From positions 128,836,001-128,900,000 of the forward strand of contig OX597818.1 of the NCBI GenBank assembly GCA_951406725.2: a stretch of DNA of 64,000 bases. The letters run 5' to 3'. The translations under genes and the position numbers were made by a program. Origin of the DNA: Octopus vulgaris. Lineage: Eukaryota. Under the pieces are notes generated by a model that searched no databases, was not told the origin of the DNA, and worked only from the letters and a program-made list of their open reading frames with translations. Each line of letters opens with the position of its first letter. Positions within the stretch are counted from its first letter, which is position 1. This document shows positions 1-12,235 of this stretch, piece after piece.

Positions 1-662
1 ATGTTTAATAAACAAGTATGTATCAAAGAGGCAAAAAAAAAAAAAAATGTTACGTCTCTTCAGAGACTAATTATTGTTAAAAATAATTTATTGTTTGTAT
101 TACATACCACATCTTTAATGTTTGTAATGGACTGTAGTTTATTCTAATGTTTATGGTTTATTTAAAATCAACTATTTTAACTTGAACTCATTTCATTTCA
201 TTGTTTTATATAAACTTTTTTTTATGTTATTATAAATTATAGGACGCGACTTATTGACGAAGTGACAAAAATTGGGAACCAATCAATAATTTCTCGCCAA
301 AAAATTATAAGGAACACAACTCTTTATACAATATATGTAGAGTTATTTCCCTTAGTTAATTTTGCCATTTTCCTCTCATTTCACGTTTATCAATTTACGA
401 TACAGAACTGGGATTGTTGTTTAGTTTCAGGTTAGTCTTGTTCGAACATACCTAAATTAAAAAGCGTTGCAACCGTAACTCTCCTGCCTTATTTTCTTAT
501 TTTCAAATATAGTATATTTGGGATTTCGTTAGCCAACCTATTCTTCCCTATTTAAGGCAGTAATATATTTTTATTAGGTAGATTTGTTTGTTATTTCTAG
601 CAGATTATGAAATCATGTAGCTGCTTCCTTGTTGGGTCATGATGATGCTGATGATGACGATC

Positions 663-925
663 ATCATCATCATCATCATTTACAGTCCATTTTCCATGCT
701 GGCATGGATTGGACTGTTTGACAGGAGCTGGCAAGCCTGAAGACTGCACCAGACTTCACTATCTCTTTTGGCATGGTTTTTAACAATGACGACGTTACAG
801 AATGGACAGGGTGCTTTCTACATGACACCAGCACAAATAAGGTCTGTTTGGCATAGTTTTTATAGCTGGATGCCCTTCCCAACATCAACCACTTTACAGA
901 GTGGTCTAGGTACTTTTTATCTACA
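663..925 (-). mobile_element. RTE-tailed SINE (family B), diverged
   Basis: (CAT)n tail and ccattttccatgctggcatgg...ggatgcccttcc terminus shared with the other family B copies. Confidence 0.75.
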
Positions 926-959
926 GGTATAAATGTACTAAGCCATATGATACAAATGT

Positions 960-1210
960 GAAGGTGCATAGCTTAGTGGTTAGGGTGTTGGACACATGAT
1001 TGTAAAATTGTGGTTTTTATTCCTGGACCGAGCAGTGCACTGTGTTCTTGAGCAAAACACTTCATGTCACGTTGTTCCAGTCCTCTCAGCTGGCAAAAAT
1101 GAGTAATCCTGCGACAGACTGGCGTTTCGTCCAGGTGCAGAATTTATACGCCGTGGAAACCGGGAAACCCACCCTTATGAGTCGGTATGACTTGAGAAGG
1201 TAACTTTACT
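960..1210 (+). mobile_element. tRNA-derived SINE (family C, V-domain-like core)
   Basis: A-box-like GCTTAGTGGTT head and gcgacagactggcgtttcgtccag core; similar to 14697 and 61449. Confidence 0.8.
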
Positions 1211-2018
1211 ATATGTTACAAAAGAGTGCATTAAAACTGTTGATATGGCTCTGAAATGCCAGTCATTAGTGGAAAACTTATTGCACTGGCAGACAGTCTC
1301 AATTATAGCACTGTAGGGCATTATTGTTCCCCTGCCCACAATGGCCACAATATTCTGATTGAAATTTTTTTCATTTTTCAGTAAAAATATCCTATTGTAT
1401 TGAATTTAAGTAAAATATTCATCAAATGATATTTTTATCATCGACTATAGTTAAGAGTTAGGAGGTTGTGAAGAAGAAGAAGTGACAAAAGTACAGTCGG
1501 AGACTAAAAGTATTACATTACTTAGTTCATTTTCTTATGTGTCTGAAACCCTCTCTACAACTAGAGAGAAATCAAAACAGAATGTGTGTCAGGATAAGTT
1601 ATTATCTCCTCTCATTTGAACCCAGTTGCAATTTCCTACAGGTGTTTGCTCACCTCATCTCAAAAAAATAGTTTCAATATATTAGGAATCTATCTTGTTT
1701 GGTATTCCTCCAATTTTGCTCTGCTGATTTATACCACTGACCACTCTGAGATATTTTGCTTAGTTCATTTTGTTTTACAAAGTTATGAAGTGACGCAAGA
1801 ATTTTATTGTTTATATGTGTATAGATATATTTACTCACACATACACAAACATACTTACATATTTAGAAAAATATAAAGGAAACTTGGTTGCTATTTCTTC
1901 CAGGTCAAGTAACCATGAAGAGTCTCACTGTGTATGTGTGTGTAGGGGTGGTTGTATATGTATGTAAATATATATTTATCATATTTGAAAACATGAAATT
2001 ATTTCTTAAATTTCCCAG

Positions 2019-2131
2019 GTTCTGGTTGGGCTGCCTAATGTGTCTGAAGAAGTTAAAACTCTGGCATAGTCTGATCACAATTATGGTAGCTCTTGGTGAT
2101 CTCTCTCTCTTTGATGCTGATAATACATATG
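2019..2131 (+). CDS. HPS5: HPS5 (BLOC-2 subunit / pink) internal exon, phase 2 to 1: FWLGCLMCLKKLKLWHSLITIMVALGDLSLFDADNTY(G)
   Basis: tttcccag|G acceptor and G|gtaagt donor. The peptide resembles the human HPS5 segment WPGYLILCLEL...IVYLNDMSLMEGDNGW (recalled). Splices in frame to 3683. Upstream exons lie outside the window. Confidence 0.88.
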
Positions 2132-2539
2132 GTAAGTGACTTCTGAATTCCTCCTTAGTTCATTTTATTGCTGTTAAATAGTTAAATACAGCATTTAGGA
2201 CCAAATAGAATTTTTAAAAAATAAACAAAACAAAAATGGAAACATAATGAGAAAATGAAATTAGATAAAAAGGAAATTATTTAGATGAAATAAATATCAC
2301 CTTTTACTGTCCATTTTCCATGCTGGTATGGATTGGACAGTTTGACAGGAGCTGGCAAACCAGAAGACTGCACCAAGTTCCATTGTCTCTTTTTGCATGG
2401 TTTTTAACCATAACCACATAATAACCATGTTACACATTACAGTGGACAGGGTACATTTTACGTGGCACCAGCACCAATGAGGTCTGGATGTCCTTCCTTA
2501 CATCAACCACTTTACAGAGTTGGCTAGGTACTTTTTATC

Positions 2540-3521
2540 TACATCCCAACCGAGCTGCAGCAATTTTTGTCTGGTTCCCAAAGAAACGTGCGGTCTTGCA
2601 TTATCATGTTGGAAAACAACAACCTTCCTGTTGGCCAATTCTGGATGTTTCTCTTGAATTGCTGCTTTTAGCTCGTCCAGTTGTGTGCAGTATTTCTCAG
2701 AATTAATTGTCTGGTTACTTGGGAGAAGCTCATAGTACAGAATTCCTTTCCAATCCCACCAGACACAAAGCAAGACTTTTTTAGGGTGAAGACCCACTTT
2801 TGGAGTAGCTAAGGGTGGCTCATGTCACTTACTCCAGGATCACTTTCTCTGAACACTTCAGTAGATAATCCATTTCTCATCACCTGTCACAATTTGCTTG
2901 AAAAAAGGCGCGTTTTCATTCCGTTTATAAAGCGAATCACAGATGGAAATGCAATCCAAAAGGTTCTTCTCACTCAACTCATGTGGTACCCAAACATCAT
3001 AGCGATTTGTGTACCCAAGCTTTACCAGGTGTTCATGAACGATGGATTTTGATAGGTTGAGGCTTTCTGCCAATTCTCGGGTTGTGCAATGTGGGTTATT
3101 CTCAATTAATGACTTGATTTGGTCATCATCTGTAGTGGATGGTCTGCCTGATCGCTCTTTATCAATAAGGCTATAATCTCCAGCTCGGACCCTTATGAAC
3201 CACTTCCGTACAGTTCTTTTGGATAAAGAAACATCACCGTAAACTGCGCATATTTCTTTGGTTGCTTGTGAGGTATTTTTCCCTTTATGGAAAAAGAAAA
3301 GCATCAAGTGCCGAAAATGAACTTTCTTATCTTCTATTTTAGAGGGTTACAGAATTAACACAGGTTATAGGAACATAAACCTTCTTCCACGAAAAGATAG
3401 CTTAAACTGTGCTCTAAATAGAGGTGTAGTCAAATCCTATTTTATGGACTCAACCATGTTCTAAAATAAGTCGAAAGGTAAGCTACTATAAATCGGCACG
3501 AACTTTCTGGGACGACCCAAT
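2540..3521 (-). mobile_element. Mariner transposon (DD34D, mellifera-like), 3'-truncated and defective
   Basis: 5' TIR TATTGGGTCGTCCCAGAAAGTTCG at 3521. Start codon mutated to ATA (3337). HTH, RSGRP, WVPHEL, IVTGDEKWI, LHPKKVLLCVWWD and HDNARPH motifs. Frameshifted; ends at GWDV before YSPDLAP. Confidence 0.95.
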
Positions 3522-3682
3522 ACTAAACAAAAGACAGTTTCTGTTATGTATGAAATTTCATGGTTTATAATTTACTGGTGCATATTAAGCATGAGTATAT
3601 ATTATATGCAAATAAATACAAAAAATTAAGAATGTTTACAAATTCGAAAATTTGAAATGTCTTTAATTTTACTTAACTATAG

Positions 3683-4094
3683 GTTATGTTCCTGAGAGTG
3701 AAGAGGAATGGCTCTATCTGCTTGATCAAAAAAAAATGCAGTCAGCAGAGGATGATACAAATGCCTTCCGATCTTCTCTGATTGGTGCAGTAATGAAATG
3801 TTACAAAGACTGTGGTGTTTTTTCATTAGAAGAGTACAAGTCTCTTGAAGAAAGCCTTCATGATACTGAACAAGACTCTGAGAACTTGAGTGAAACACAC
3901 AAAGAACTAACATCACAGATATTTGTTCCTTCTCCTTTGACTTTGGATTCTGTGTATCGGTTATTTATCCAACGTATGGGACCACAAAGAGGGATACATC
4001 TCCTGTTGGAGCACAATTGTCTTAAGCCAAGTGATTATCCATTGTCCTTTTACCAAAGCTGTCTCTTTGGCTCATTGATACAGCGACAACAGAG
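3683..4094 (+). CDS. HPS5: HPS5 exon: (G)YVPESEEEWLYLLDQKK...PLTLDSVYRLFIQRMGPQRGIHLLLEH...LIQRQQ(R)
   Basis: tatag|GT acceptor and AG|gtaact donor; open frame (track ORF 3736..4098). Matches recalled HPS5 motifs WIPETVEEWKLLL, LLAKAMGPDRAWSLLQE and EKRQR. Confidence 0.93.
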
Positions 4095-4206
4095 GTAACT
4101 TTAATATTTTTTTTTTAATATTTTCAGCATCAAATTTTTTTTTTACTTCATAATATTTTTGTCACCTCTTTCCTTCACTCATTTTTTCTTTTGTTTTAAT
4201 GCTCCT

Positions 4207-4631
4207 TAAAAGCACCATCCGTTCGTGCCCGTTGCCAGCCTTGCCTGGCCCCCGTGCCGGTGACACGTAAAAGCACCATCCGTTTCGTGGCCGTTTGCCA
4301 GCTCTGTCTGGCCCCCGTGTTGGTGGCACGTAAAAGCACCATCCGTTCGTGTCCGTTGCCAGCCTCGCCTGGCCCCGTGCCGGTGACACGTAAAAGCACC
4401 ATCCGTTCGTGGCCGTTTGCCAGCTCTGTCTGGCACCTGTGCAGGTGGCATGTAAAAAGCACCCACTACACTCACGGAGTGGTTGGTGTTAGGAAGGGCA
4501 TCCAGCCATAGAAACACTGCCAGATCTGACTGGGCCTGATGAAGCCTTCCAGCTTCACAGACCCCAGTTGAACCGTCCAACCCATGCTAGCATGGAGAAC
4601 GGACGCTAAATGATGATGATGATGATGATGA
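4207..4631 (+). mobile_element. Family B SINE with 4 internal ~62-bp tandem units and (GAT)n tail
   Basis: Repeats of aaaagcaccatccgttcgtggccgttgccagc...ggtgacacgt followed by the conserved 3' end ...catggagaacggacgctaaa(tga)n. Confidence 0.88.
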
Positions 4632-5685
4632 TTAAACCTAAAATATCTGCTATTAATAATTCTTGTGAAGTAAATGAAATTAAAATTAAAATCTCTACGC
4701 ATTCTCTACATGTTATCATCATCATCACCATGCTGGCATGGTTCAGACCGTTTGACAGGATCCAGCAAACCACAAGGTTGCATTATGCTCTAACATAAGC
4801 TTTAGTATGATTTTTACAGCTGGATGCCCTTCCTATTACTAACCCTCATCTGTTTTTCTAAGACAGGATCTTATATTCCCCATGTGTTTGAAGGCCAACA
4901 ATATTTTTGACAGAAGAAATGACAACTACATGTAACTAGAGATTTTCAGAGAAATGCAAATGTAAATGTGCACATGTCTACACACACACACACACAGCAT
5001 CACCATCATCATCATTATTTAATGTCCACTTTCCATGTGGGCATGGGTTAGATGGTTTTACAGGAGTTTGTCAGCTGGAGAGTTGTCCAGGCTCCAGCTG
5101 TCTGTTTTGGCATAGTTTCTTACAGTTAGATGCCCTTCCTAACACCAACCACTTTACAGTGTGCTTTTCACCTGCATGGGTAAAATTCTGGAATCCATTT
5201 ATTGGACTAAATTGTTTCAAGGCAGTGCTGGGCACTGCCTTGAAGAAATGACTGAAATGAGTAAAAGATAAAAAATGTGTGTTTGTCTGTGTGTATAAAT
5301 ATACGTGTGTGTATAAATAATGTGTGTAGCGCACACACACACATTATTTATAGAGTCTACCAGCACAGTTAGGGGTACCCCAGGTTTCAAAATCCATTTC
5401 TGCAGACCTTTTGTAATGCCTATGTTTCTTATAGATCTGCCATCAATCACAAATAAGACTACCTTCTTATTTGGGATTGAAATGTAGGTATTAAATAATT
5501 GTCTACAAATATGGAATTTGAGACTTAAGACACCCCTAACTGTGCCAGTAGATCCTATTAATAACAGCACTCAGCTCTATTTGACTATACAGAGCACTCT
5601 TCTTTCATTTCTAGCTCTCTACAGAAACTTTTAGTCAGGCCGACTGAAGCCTTGTGAGTGGATTTGGTAGACAGAAACTGAAAGA

Positions 5686-6095
5686 GCTGGCAGAGTCGTT
5701 AGAATGCTGGGCAAAATGCTTAGCGGTATTTCATCTGTCTTTACGTTCTGAGTTCAAATTCCGCCAAGGTCGACTTTACCTTTCATCCTTTCAGGGTCGA
5801 TAAATTAAGTACCAGTTATGCACTGGGGTCGATGTAATCAACTTAATCCCTTTGTCTGTCCTTGTTTGTCCTCTCTGTGTTTAGCCCCTTGTAGGTAGTA
5901 AAGAAATAGGCATTTCGTCTGTCTTTACGTTCTGAGTTCAAATTCCGCTGAGGTCGACTTTACCTTTCATCCTTTTGGGGTCGATAAATTAAGTACCAGT
6001 TACGCACTGGAGTCGATGTAATCAACTTAATCCCTTTGTCTGTCCTTGTTTTGTCCCCTCTATGTTTAGCCCCTTGTGGGCAATAAAGAAATAAG
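5686..6095 (+). mobile_element. tRNA-derived SINE (family D) with tandem ~180-bp internal duplication, nested in an old family A SINE
   Basis: gagttcaaattccgc B-box and gtcgactttacctttcatcctt..ggggtcgataaa core each occur twice. Confidence 0.8.
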
Positions 6096-6117
6096 AAACT
6101 GAAAGAAGCCTATCGTG

Positions 6118-6165
<48 letters not shown>

Positions 6166-6424
6166 ACATGAATGTATGTATGTCTTTATGCCTGTTTGTT
6201 CCCCACCACCACCACCACCACTTGAAAACTGTTGCTGGTGTGTTTATGTCCTTGTAACTTACTGGTTTGACAAAAGTGACCGATAAATACCACACTTAAA
6301 AAAATTAAAATTCTGGAATCCATTCATCAAAGCAGTACCCTAGTATGGCTGCAATCTAATGACTGAAACAAGTGTGTGTGTGTGTGTGTAGAAATATATA
6401 TATATATTATATGTATAATTTTAC

Positions 6425-6840
6425 CCTTACGGGCTATCTTTTACTGGAAAGCAATACTTTCGTATTGCGTTACTATTTTCATTGAAACTTCTTCACTGTT
6501 CTCGTTCTGTTAACGTTTTGGCGTTCAGACGAGTGTACTGACATAGATGTGGCAACATTTGAAATATTGTCTAGGTATATGTAGCTGATGAGGACAAATC
6601 AAATCTATGTTGTCAAACGTATTTGAAGAGTCTGAAACCGGTCCTGCATTATCCGTTTCTAGGTTTTTCATTTTTCAGATGTTCTTCCTAGAGGTAAGAC
6701 AAATTTTTTTCATGTTTGTTGCACACACACACGTCTTTGCTAGTATATACGCAGTGAAGCTATACAATAGCGTCGTATTTATTACGATCGCTATTTTCCA
6801 GTAAATATCGGTACTTCGTTGTACCATTTATTTACTTTTA
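6425..6840 (+). mobile_element. Probable Penelope-like pseudo-LTR / retrozyme fragment carrying the first hammerhead
   Basis: CpG-richer island between (TA)n runs that contains the hammerhead. Boundaries are approximate. Confidence 0.45.
6579..6649 (+). ncRNA. Type I hammerhead ribozyme motif with minimal stem III (Penelope/retrozyme-like)
   Basis: ATGTAG-CTGATGA-GGAC..TCAAAT..ATGTT gtca AACGT-ATTTGA..GTCT-GAAA-CCGG-TC-CTGCAT. Core, stems I and II and palindromic ACCGGT stem III are all present. Confidence 0.78.
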
Positions 6841-6899
6841 TATATATATATATATATATATATTTAATTTTTGAATTCATTATATCTGTTCTTTGCCAG

Positions 6900-6975
6900 A
6901 TTTATAATTCACAACATGTTGGAGAAAATTGATGAATATTTTTGGTCAAAGAAACCAGCTTCTATGGCTCCAGCA
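6900..6975 (+). CDS. HPS5: HPS5 exon: (R)FIIHNMLEKIDEYFWSKKPASMAPA
   Basis: ctttgccag|A acceptor and GCA|gtaagt donor; phases fit the neighbouring exons. Aligns to the vertebrate HPS5 C-terminus LIQSMLEKCDRFLWS. Confidence 0.93.
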
Positions 6976-7276
6976 GTAAGTAGACAATTTTCTTTCTCCC
7001 AAATCTACATTATTGGTTTTGTAACTCCACATCATTCCCTGATTCAGCAGGCCTATGATCATGACCAAGAGCCTTCCAACCTTGACGTCACCACTTTCTT
7101 TTACTTTTCAGATATATTGTATCCCAAAACTACGTACAATTTCCTAAATGATATCTTTTTGAAGGTAGTTGATCGTAATTTGAGGGACACTGGCTATTAT
7201 TTCTAGCATTTCATAGCAACTTAATGAAACACATTCAAAGTTGAATAACCCTTCCCCCACCGATACACTCATATAT

Positions 7277-7317
<41 letters not shown>

Positions 7318-7342
7318 CTCTCTCTCTTTCTTTCTCTCTCTT

Positions 7343-7382
<40 letters not shown>

Positions 7383-7645
7383 CTCATTTGTATATACAGG
7401 TATACTGACTCATTTTTCTTATCTGCACACATGCACTCCCACACAAACACACATACATATGTACATGTATATACACACCTTATCTATTGTTGAGGTCTAC
7501 ACATACAAACACTATAATACTTATATGTATCACATTTTCAAATAATAGTTTTGCCAATATTCTTTCAGAAATCCTTGTGACATTATTTCTTTCTTCTATG
7601 ACATTTCTTTCTTCTGTAACATTTTTTTATCTCCCTCCTCCACAG

Positions 7646-7714
7646 ATTTATTTTGCTGTAGAAGAAGAGAAGAACACAGACTACTTGGAACCATCTGTCT
7701 CTACGCAAGAACTG
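7646..7714 (+). CDS. HPS5: HPS5 exon: IYFAVEEEKNTDYLEPSVSTQEL
   Basis: Polypyrimidine tract plus cacag| acceptor, CTG|gtaagt donor, 69 bp, phase 0-0. Confidence 0.85.
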
Positions 7715-8243
7715 GTAAGTGCTGACTGAATAATCATTTTATTATTGGAGTTGTACTTGTGCAAGCAATTGTCTTGGTCTTAGACTTTGGGTTGAAAATG
7801 AATCAATTACATCATAAAAAGTTAATTTTAAGTCATTTAAAAATGCACAGAAAATCTGTTAAATTATTTTTTGTTAACTGACTTCTTGTGATGTCAAAAT
7901 ATTTGTTACACATCTGCAGCTTGGTCACTGATGCAGTTTCACAGTGTCAGAGGAAAAATGGAAGTGTATCAGTCATCAGGTTACACAGTTTGTTCATTTA
8001 ACAAATGAATGATGTAGAGACACAGGCATGGCTGTGTGGTGTTTAAGAAGTTCACTTTGCAACTATGTGGTTTTGGGTGCAGCACCTCCTAGAGCTTCAG
8101 GTTGACCAATGTCTTGTGAGTAGACTTGTTAGGTGGAAACTGTGAGAAAATCTGTTGTGTGTGTTTTGACAGAAGAAATGACAACTACATGTAGCTAGAG
8201 ATTATCAGAGAAATGCAAATGTAAATGCGCGCACATCTACACA

Positions 8244-8279
<36 letters not shown>

Positions 8280-8494
8280 CTTTCTCTCTCTCTCTCTCTC
8301 TCTACTCACATGTGTAAATGCGTGCACATCTACACACACACACTCTCTTTCTCTCTCTTTCATACATACACACAAATGTGTATATATATATATATAAATA
8401 TATATATATGTGCTTCCTTGTTGGCTTGTCTAGCAAAATTGTATTCCAATTTGGTGTGTTTAATTCCATATTTTTTTCTTTTATTCTCTTTTAG

Positions 8495-8577
8495 CTAAAA
8501 CAGTTGCAGCCATTGAATGGGCAAAGATTTGCTGAAGAAAAGGAGTACCACTGGGGTAGTTCTATAGATATCTTTAC
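8495..8577 (+). CDS. HPS5: HPS5 exon: LKQLQPLNGQRFAEEKEYHWGSSIDIF(T)
   Basis: ttctcttttag| acceptor and AC|gtaagt donor. Phase 0 to 2 exactly bridges exons 7646-7714 and 21549-21625. Confidence 0.87.
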
Positions 8578-8766
8578 GTAAGTTTCAGTAAAGTATTTTC
8601 TGTTTTTTTTTGTTTTTTGTTGGTAGAAATACAGTAACAACTGTGTTGCCCCTTTAGCATTTAAAATGGCCATATCCAGCCGGAATATTCTCCGTTTTAT
8701 GTTCAAATTAAGCAGATTCAGCTGTTCCCACTACCCTACAGTATCATTCTAAGTATAAAACAATCA

Positions 8767-8931
8767 GGCGCAGGAGTGGCTGTGTGGTAAGTAGCTTGCT
8801 AACCAACCACATGGCTCCGGGTTCAGTCCCACTGCGTGGCACCTTGGGCAAGTGTCTTCTGCTATAGCCCCGGGCCGACTAATGCCTTGTGAGTGGATTT
8901 GGTAGACGGAAACTGAAAGAAGCCTGTCGTA

Positions 8932-8988
<57 letters not shown>

Positions 8989-9190
8989 TTGTGTGTCTGT
9001 GTTTGTCCCCCTAGCATTGCTTGACAACCGATGCTGGTGTGTTTACATCCCCGTCACCTAGCGGTTCGGCAAAAGAGACCGATAGAATAAGTACTGGGCT
9101 TACATAGAATAAGTCCCAGGGTCGATTTGCTCGACTAAAGGCAGTGCTCCAGCATGACTGCAGTCAAATGACTGAAACAAGTAAAAGAGT
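8767..9190 (+). mobile_element. Young tRNA-derived SINE (family A)
   Basis: ggcgcaggagtggctgtgtggtaag...ggttcagtccc head, central (TA)n(TG)n, ...gactgaaacaagtaaaagag tail. Near-identical to 10 other copies. Confidence 0.92.
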
Positions 9191-9538
9191 ATACATGTCA
9201 GCCGTGTATGTTGATCTCTTGCTATCAATGAAAGGGTGCTGTGACCAGCGGTGTGAAATGGACGCCCAAAGGACTGGTCAGTCAAGGTGATCAAGGTGAT
9301 ATATAGATCATAATCTAATGTTCACTTTTCAAAGCTTACATAGGTCAGATGGAATTTGTTGAGGCAGATGTTCTTCAGCCAGGTGCCCTGATGCCCTTCT
9401 GTTGCTAATACTCCCAGCAAGATAATACTTCTTCATACTGAGACATGAGTTTTGCAAACGTCTGGAAGTAAAACACTTCGCTTGTATGACAATGATGTTC
9501 ATTTACAACCATCATATGATGTTAAGACACACATACAT

Positions 9539-9782
9539 GTTAGTTAGTTAGTTAGTCAGTTAATTTGGCTCAAAAGCAAATAGCAAGGCCATGTAGGGGG
9601 ACATGGAGTTAAGTACAGGGTGGTGTTCATGTAAAGAATTCAGGCCACTTGAGGTCAAGGGAGGCTTTGAACAAAGCGGTCGTCGGCATCTTCACCATCT
9701 CGTCTGGCAGCTTGTTCCACGGATCCGCAACCCGGACGGAGAAAGCTCCTCTCCTTCGATTGAGATGAAATCGTCGCAGGTA
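9539..9782 (-). mobile_element. CR1-clade LINE 3' end with (TAAC)n tail
   Basis: Minus translation WNKLPDEMVKMPTTALFKASLDLKWPEFFT*, then a short UTR and tetranucleotide tail. Confidence 0.8.
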
Positions 9783-10311
9783 GATACACACAATGGGTTT
9801 TTGTTTTCAATTTCTGTCACCCAGATACATTCACAAGGCTTTGATCAACCTGGGGCTATGTAGTAGAAGGTGCCACAAAACTATGTGGTTGGGAAACAAA
9901 TTTCGTCAATCACACTTGCATCCATTGCTTTATTTTTTACACATTATTCTGTATTTTGCCTTTCCCCATTTTTTTCTTGTGCATGTGTGTATATAGACGT
10001 GTATATGAACCTTTTTTGTGCTTGCATGTGTGCGAGTATGTATATATTTTTTGGTGAATGTGTGGGCACGCATGTGTGTGTTTCAAGTGAGTGTAGATGA
10101 GCATATGCATATAGGCACATGTACGTGGGTGTGCAGGCGCACATGTGTATGTATGGACATGTGCACTTACATGATTGCTATGAGCATTTTTATTCCTTTA
10201 CCTTTTACTGCCTCCTTTTATTAAGCAGTCATTCTAATAACTCTTTTGTTCTAATACTAGTCAATCACATAGTAATTTCCCTTTAATGGTCATTTTTATA
10301 GCATTTTTTGA

Positions 10312-10385
10312 TGGCCTGATAACTGAAGAGATGCCAGTGCGGGTTTCCGCCTCGACATCCGAAACTCGGAGTTTTATCATGGCTA
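10312..10385 (+). ncRNA. Type I hammerhead ribozyme motif, slightly degenerate
   Basis: TGGCCTGATAA-CTGAAGA-GATG..GCGG gttt CCGC..CATC-C-GAAA-CTCGGAG-TT-TTATCA-t-GGCTA. One unpaired C at the stem II base; GUU cleavage triplet. Confidence 0.7.
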
Positions 10386-10496
10386 CCAAATAATTGCCAC
10401 ATATTATATTTACAGATAAATTCCTCTATTTACATAATATCGAGGTCTCTTTCATTCTTTTGTTGTCTTATCATTACTATCAATATATATATATTG

Positions 10497-10906
10497 GCGC
10501 AGGAGTGGCTGTGTGGTAAGTAGCTTGCTAACCAACCACATGGTTCCGGGTTCAGTCCCACTGCATGGCATCTTGGGCAGTGTCTTCTGCTATAGCCTCG
10601 GGCCGACCAAAGCCTTGTGAGTGGATTTGGTAGACGGAAACTGAAAGAAGCCAGTCGTATATATGTATATATATATGTATGTATGTGTGAGTATATGTTT
10701 GTGTGTCTGTGTTTGTCCCTCTAGCATTGCTTGACAACCGATGCTGGTGTGTTTATGTCCCCGTCACTTAGCGGTTCGGCAAAAGTGACCTATAGAATAA
10801 GTACTGGGCTTACAAAGAATAAGTCCCGGGGTCGAGTTGCTCGACTAAAGGCGGTGCTCCAGCATGGCCGCAGTCACATGACTGAAACAAGTAAAAGAGT
10901 AAAGAG
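10497..10906 (+). mobile_element. Young SINE family A
   Basis: Full-length match to 8767-9190. Confidence 0.92.
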
Positions 10907-11103
10907 TATATATATATATCCAGTTTGGCCATACCCTTTAAGCTGAGAGATGTAAATGAGTATATGGGAATCAAAACTATAAAACTGAGAATTAATGTAA
11001 TGCTGAATGAAAGAATGCTTTCATTTTAATGTGAGATTTTTTTCTGCTAAAGCTTGCAGAAGATTTGGCTACTGCTATTGTATGTAATTCGCGTGTGTGT
11101 ATA

Positions 11104-11509
11104 GGCACAGGAGTGGCTGTGTGGTAAGTAGCTTGTTTACCAACCACATGATTCCGGGTTCAGTCCCACTGCGTGGCACCTTGGGCGAGTGTCTTCTACT
11201 ATAGCCTCGGGCCGACCAAATCCTTGTGAGTGGATTTGGCAGACGGAAACTGAAAGAAGCCTGTCGTATATATGTATATATATGTATGTGTGTGTATGTT
11301 TGTGTGTCTGTGTTTGTCCCCCTAGCATTGCTTGACAACCGATGCTGGTGTGTTTATGTTTCCGTCACATAGCGGTTCGGCAAAAGTGACCGATAGAATA
11401 AGTACTGGGCTTACAAAAGAATAAGTCCCGGGGTCGAGTTGCTCGATTAAAGGCGGTGCTCCAGCATGGCCGCAGTCAAATGACTGAAACAAGTAAAAGA
11501 GAAAAGAGA
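11104..11509 (+). mobile_element. Young SINE family A
   Basis: Full-length match to 8767-9190. Confidence 0.92.
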
Positions 11510-12235
11510 TATATACTTATATTTATATTGAGTATACAACAGATGAACCATTTCTCTTGGACGAAAATCTTTGGTGATAATTATTTCGTCCGTGGTGGAT
11601 TGATAATTCATTGTAACTCACCATCGTAATTGCAGTTGTTGGGTTTTTAGGAAATAACTTTAAACATTATTCACCAAACAAAAAGCAATAATCCACATTC
11701 CAAATAAATAAATAAATAAATATTCCAAGGGAAACAACTCTTAATAAATTTTCCCGAGTAATCCCCCTTTATAAATTCTATATTATTCGCAGATTTATCT
11801 TTATTTTCGAGACGGTGAGCATGCAGAATAGTTACTGCGTCGAACAAAATGCTTTGCAGTATTTCTTCCACTTTTGCGTTCTGAATTCAAATTCCGCCGA
11901 GGTCCACTTTATCTTTCATTCTCTCGGGGTCAATAAATATCATTCGAATATTAGGGTCAATGTCATCGGCTAGTCTCCTGTTCCCAGAATTTCGTGCATG
12001 TGTCTACAGTAGAAAGAATCAACTCCACTTTCAAGGGTGGCGACCTGAGAAAACGCCATACAATATTTCTTCAGACTCCTTATATCATGAGTTCAAATCC
12101 CTTCAAAGCCAACTTTGCCTTTCATCTCTCCAGGATTGACCAGTCAAGTATTGGGCTCAATACGTAAGAATTGTTGGCCTTGTGCTTGAAACAGAAATTA
12201 TTATGCCTACTTTTCAATTAATTAATAAAGATTTA

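Noticed and set aside
4207-4460. CRISPR-like regularly spaced repeats, also at 41150-41600 and 37330-38300
   Set aside because: Whole units repeat with no unique spacers, there are no cas genes, and the context is eukaryotic TE.
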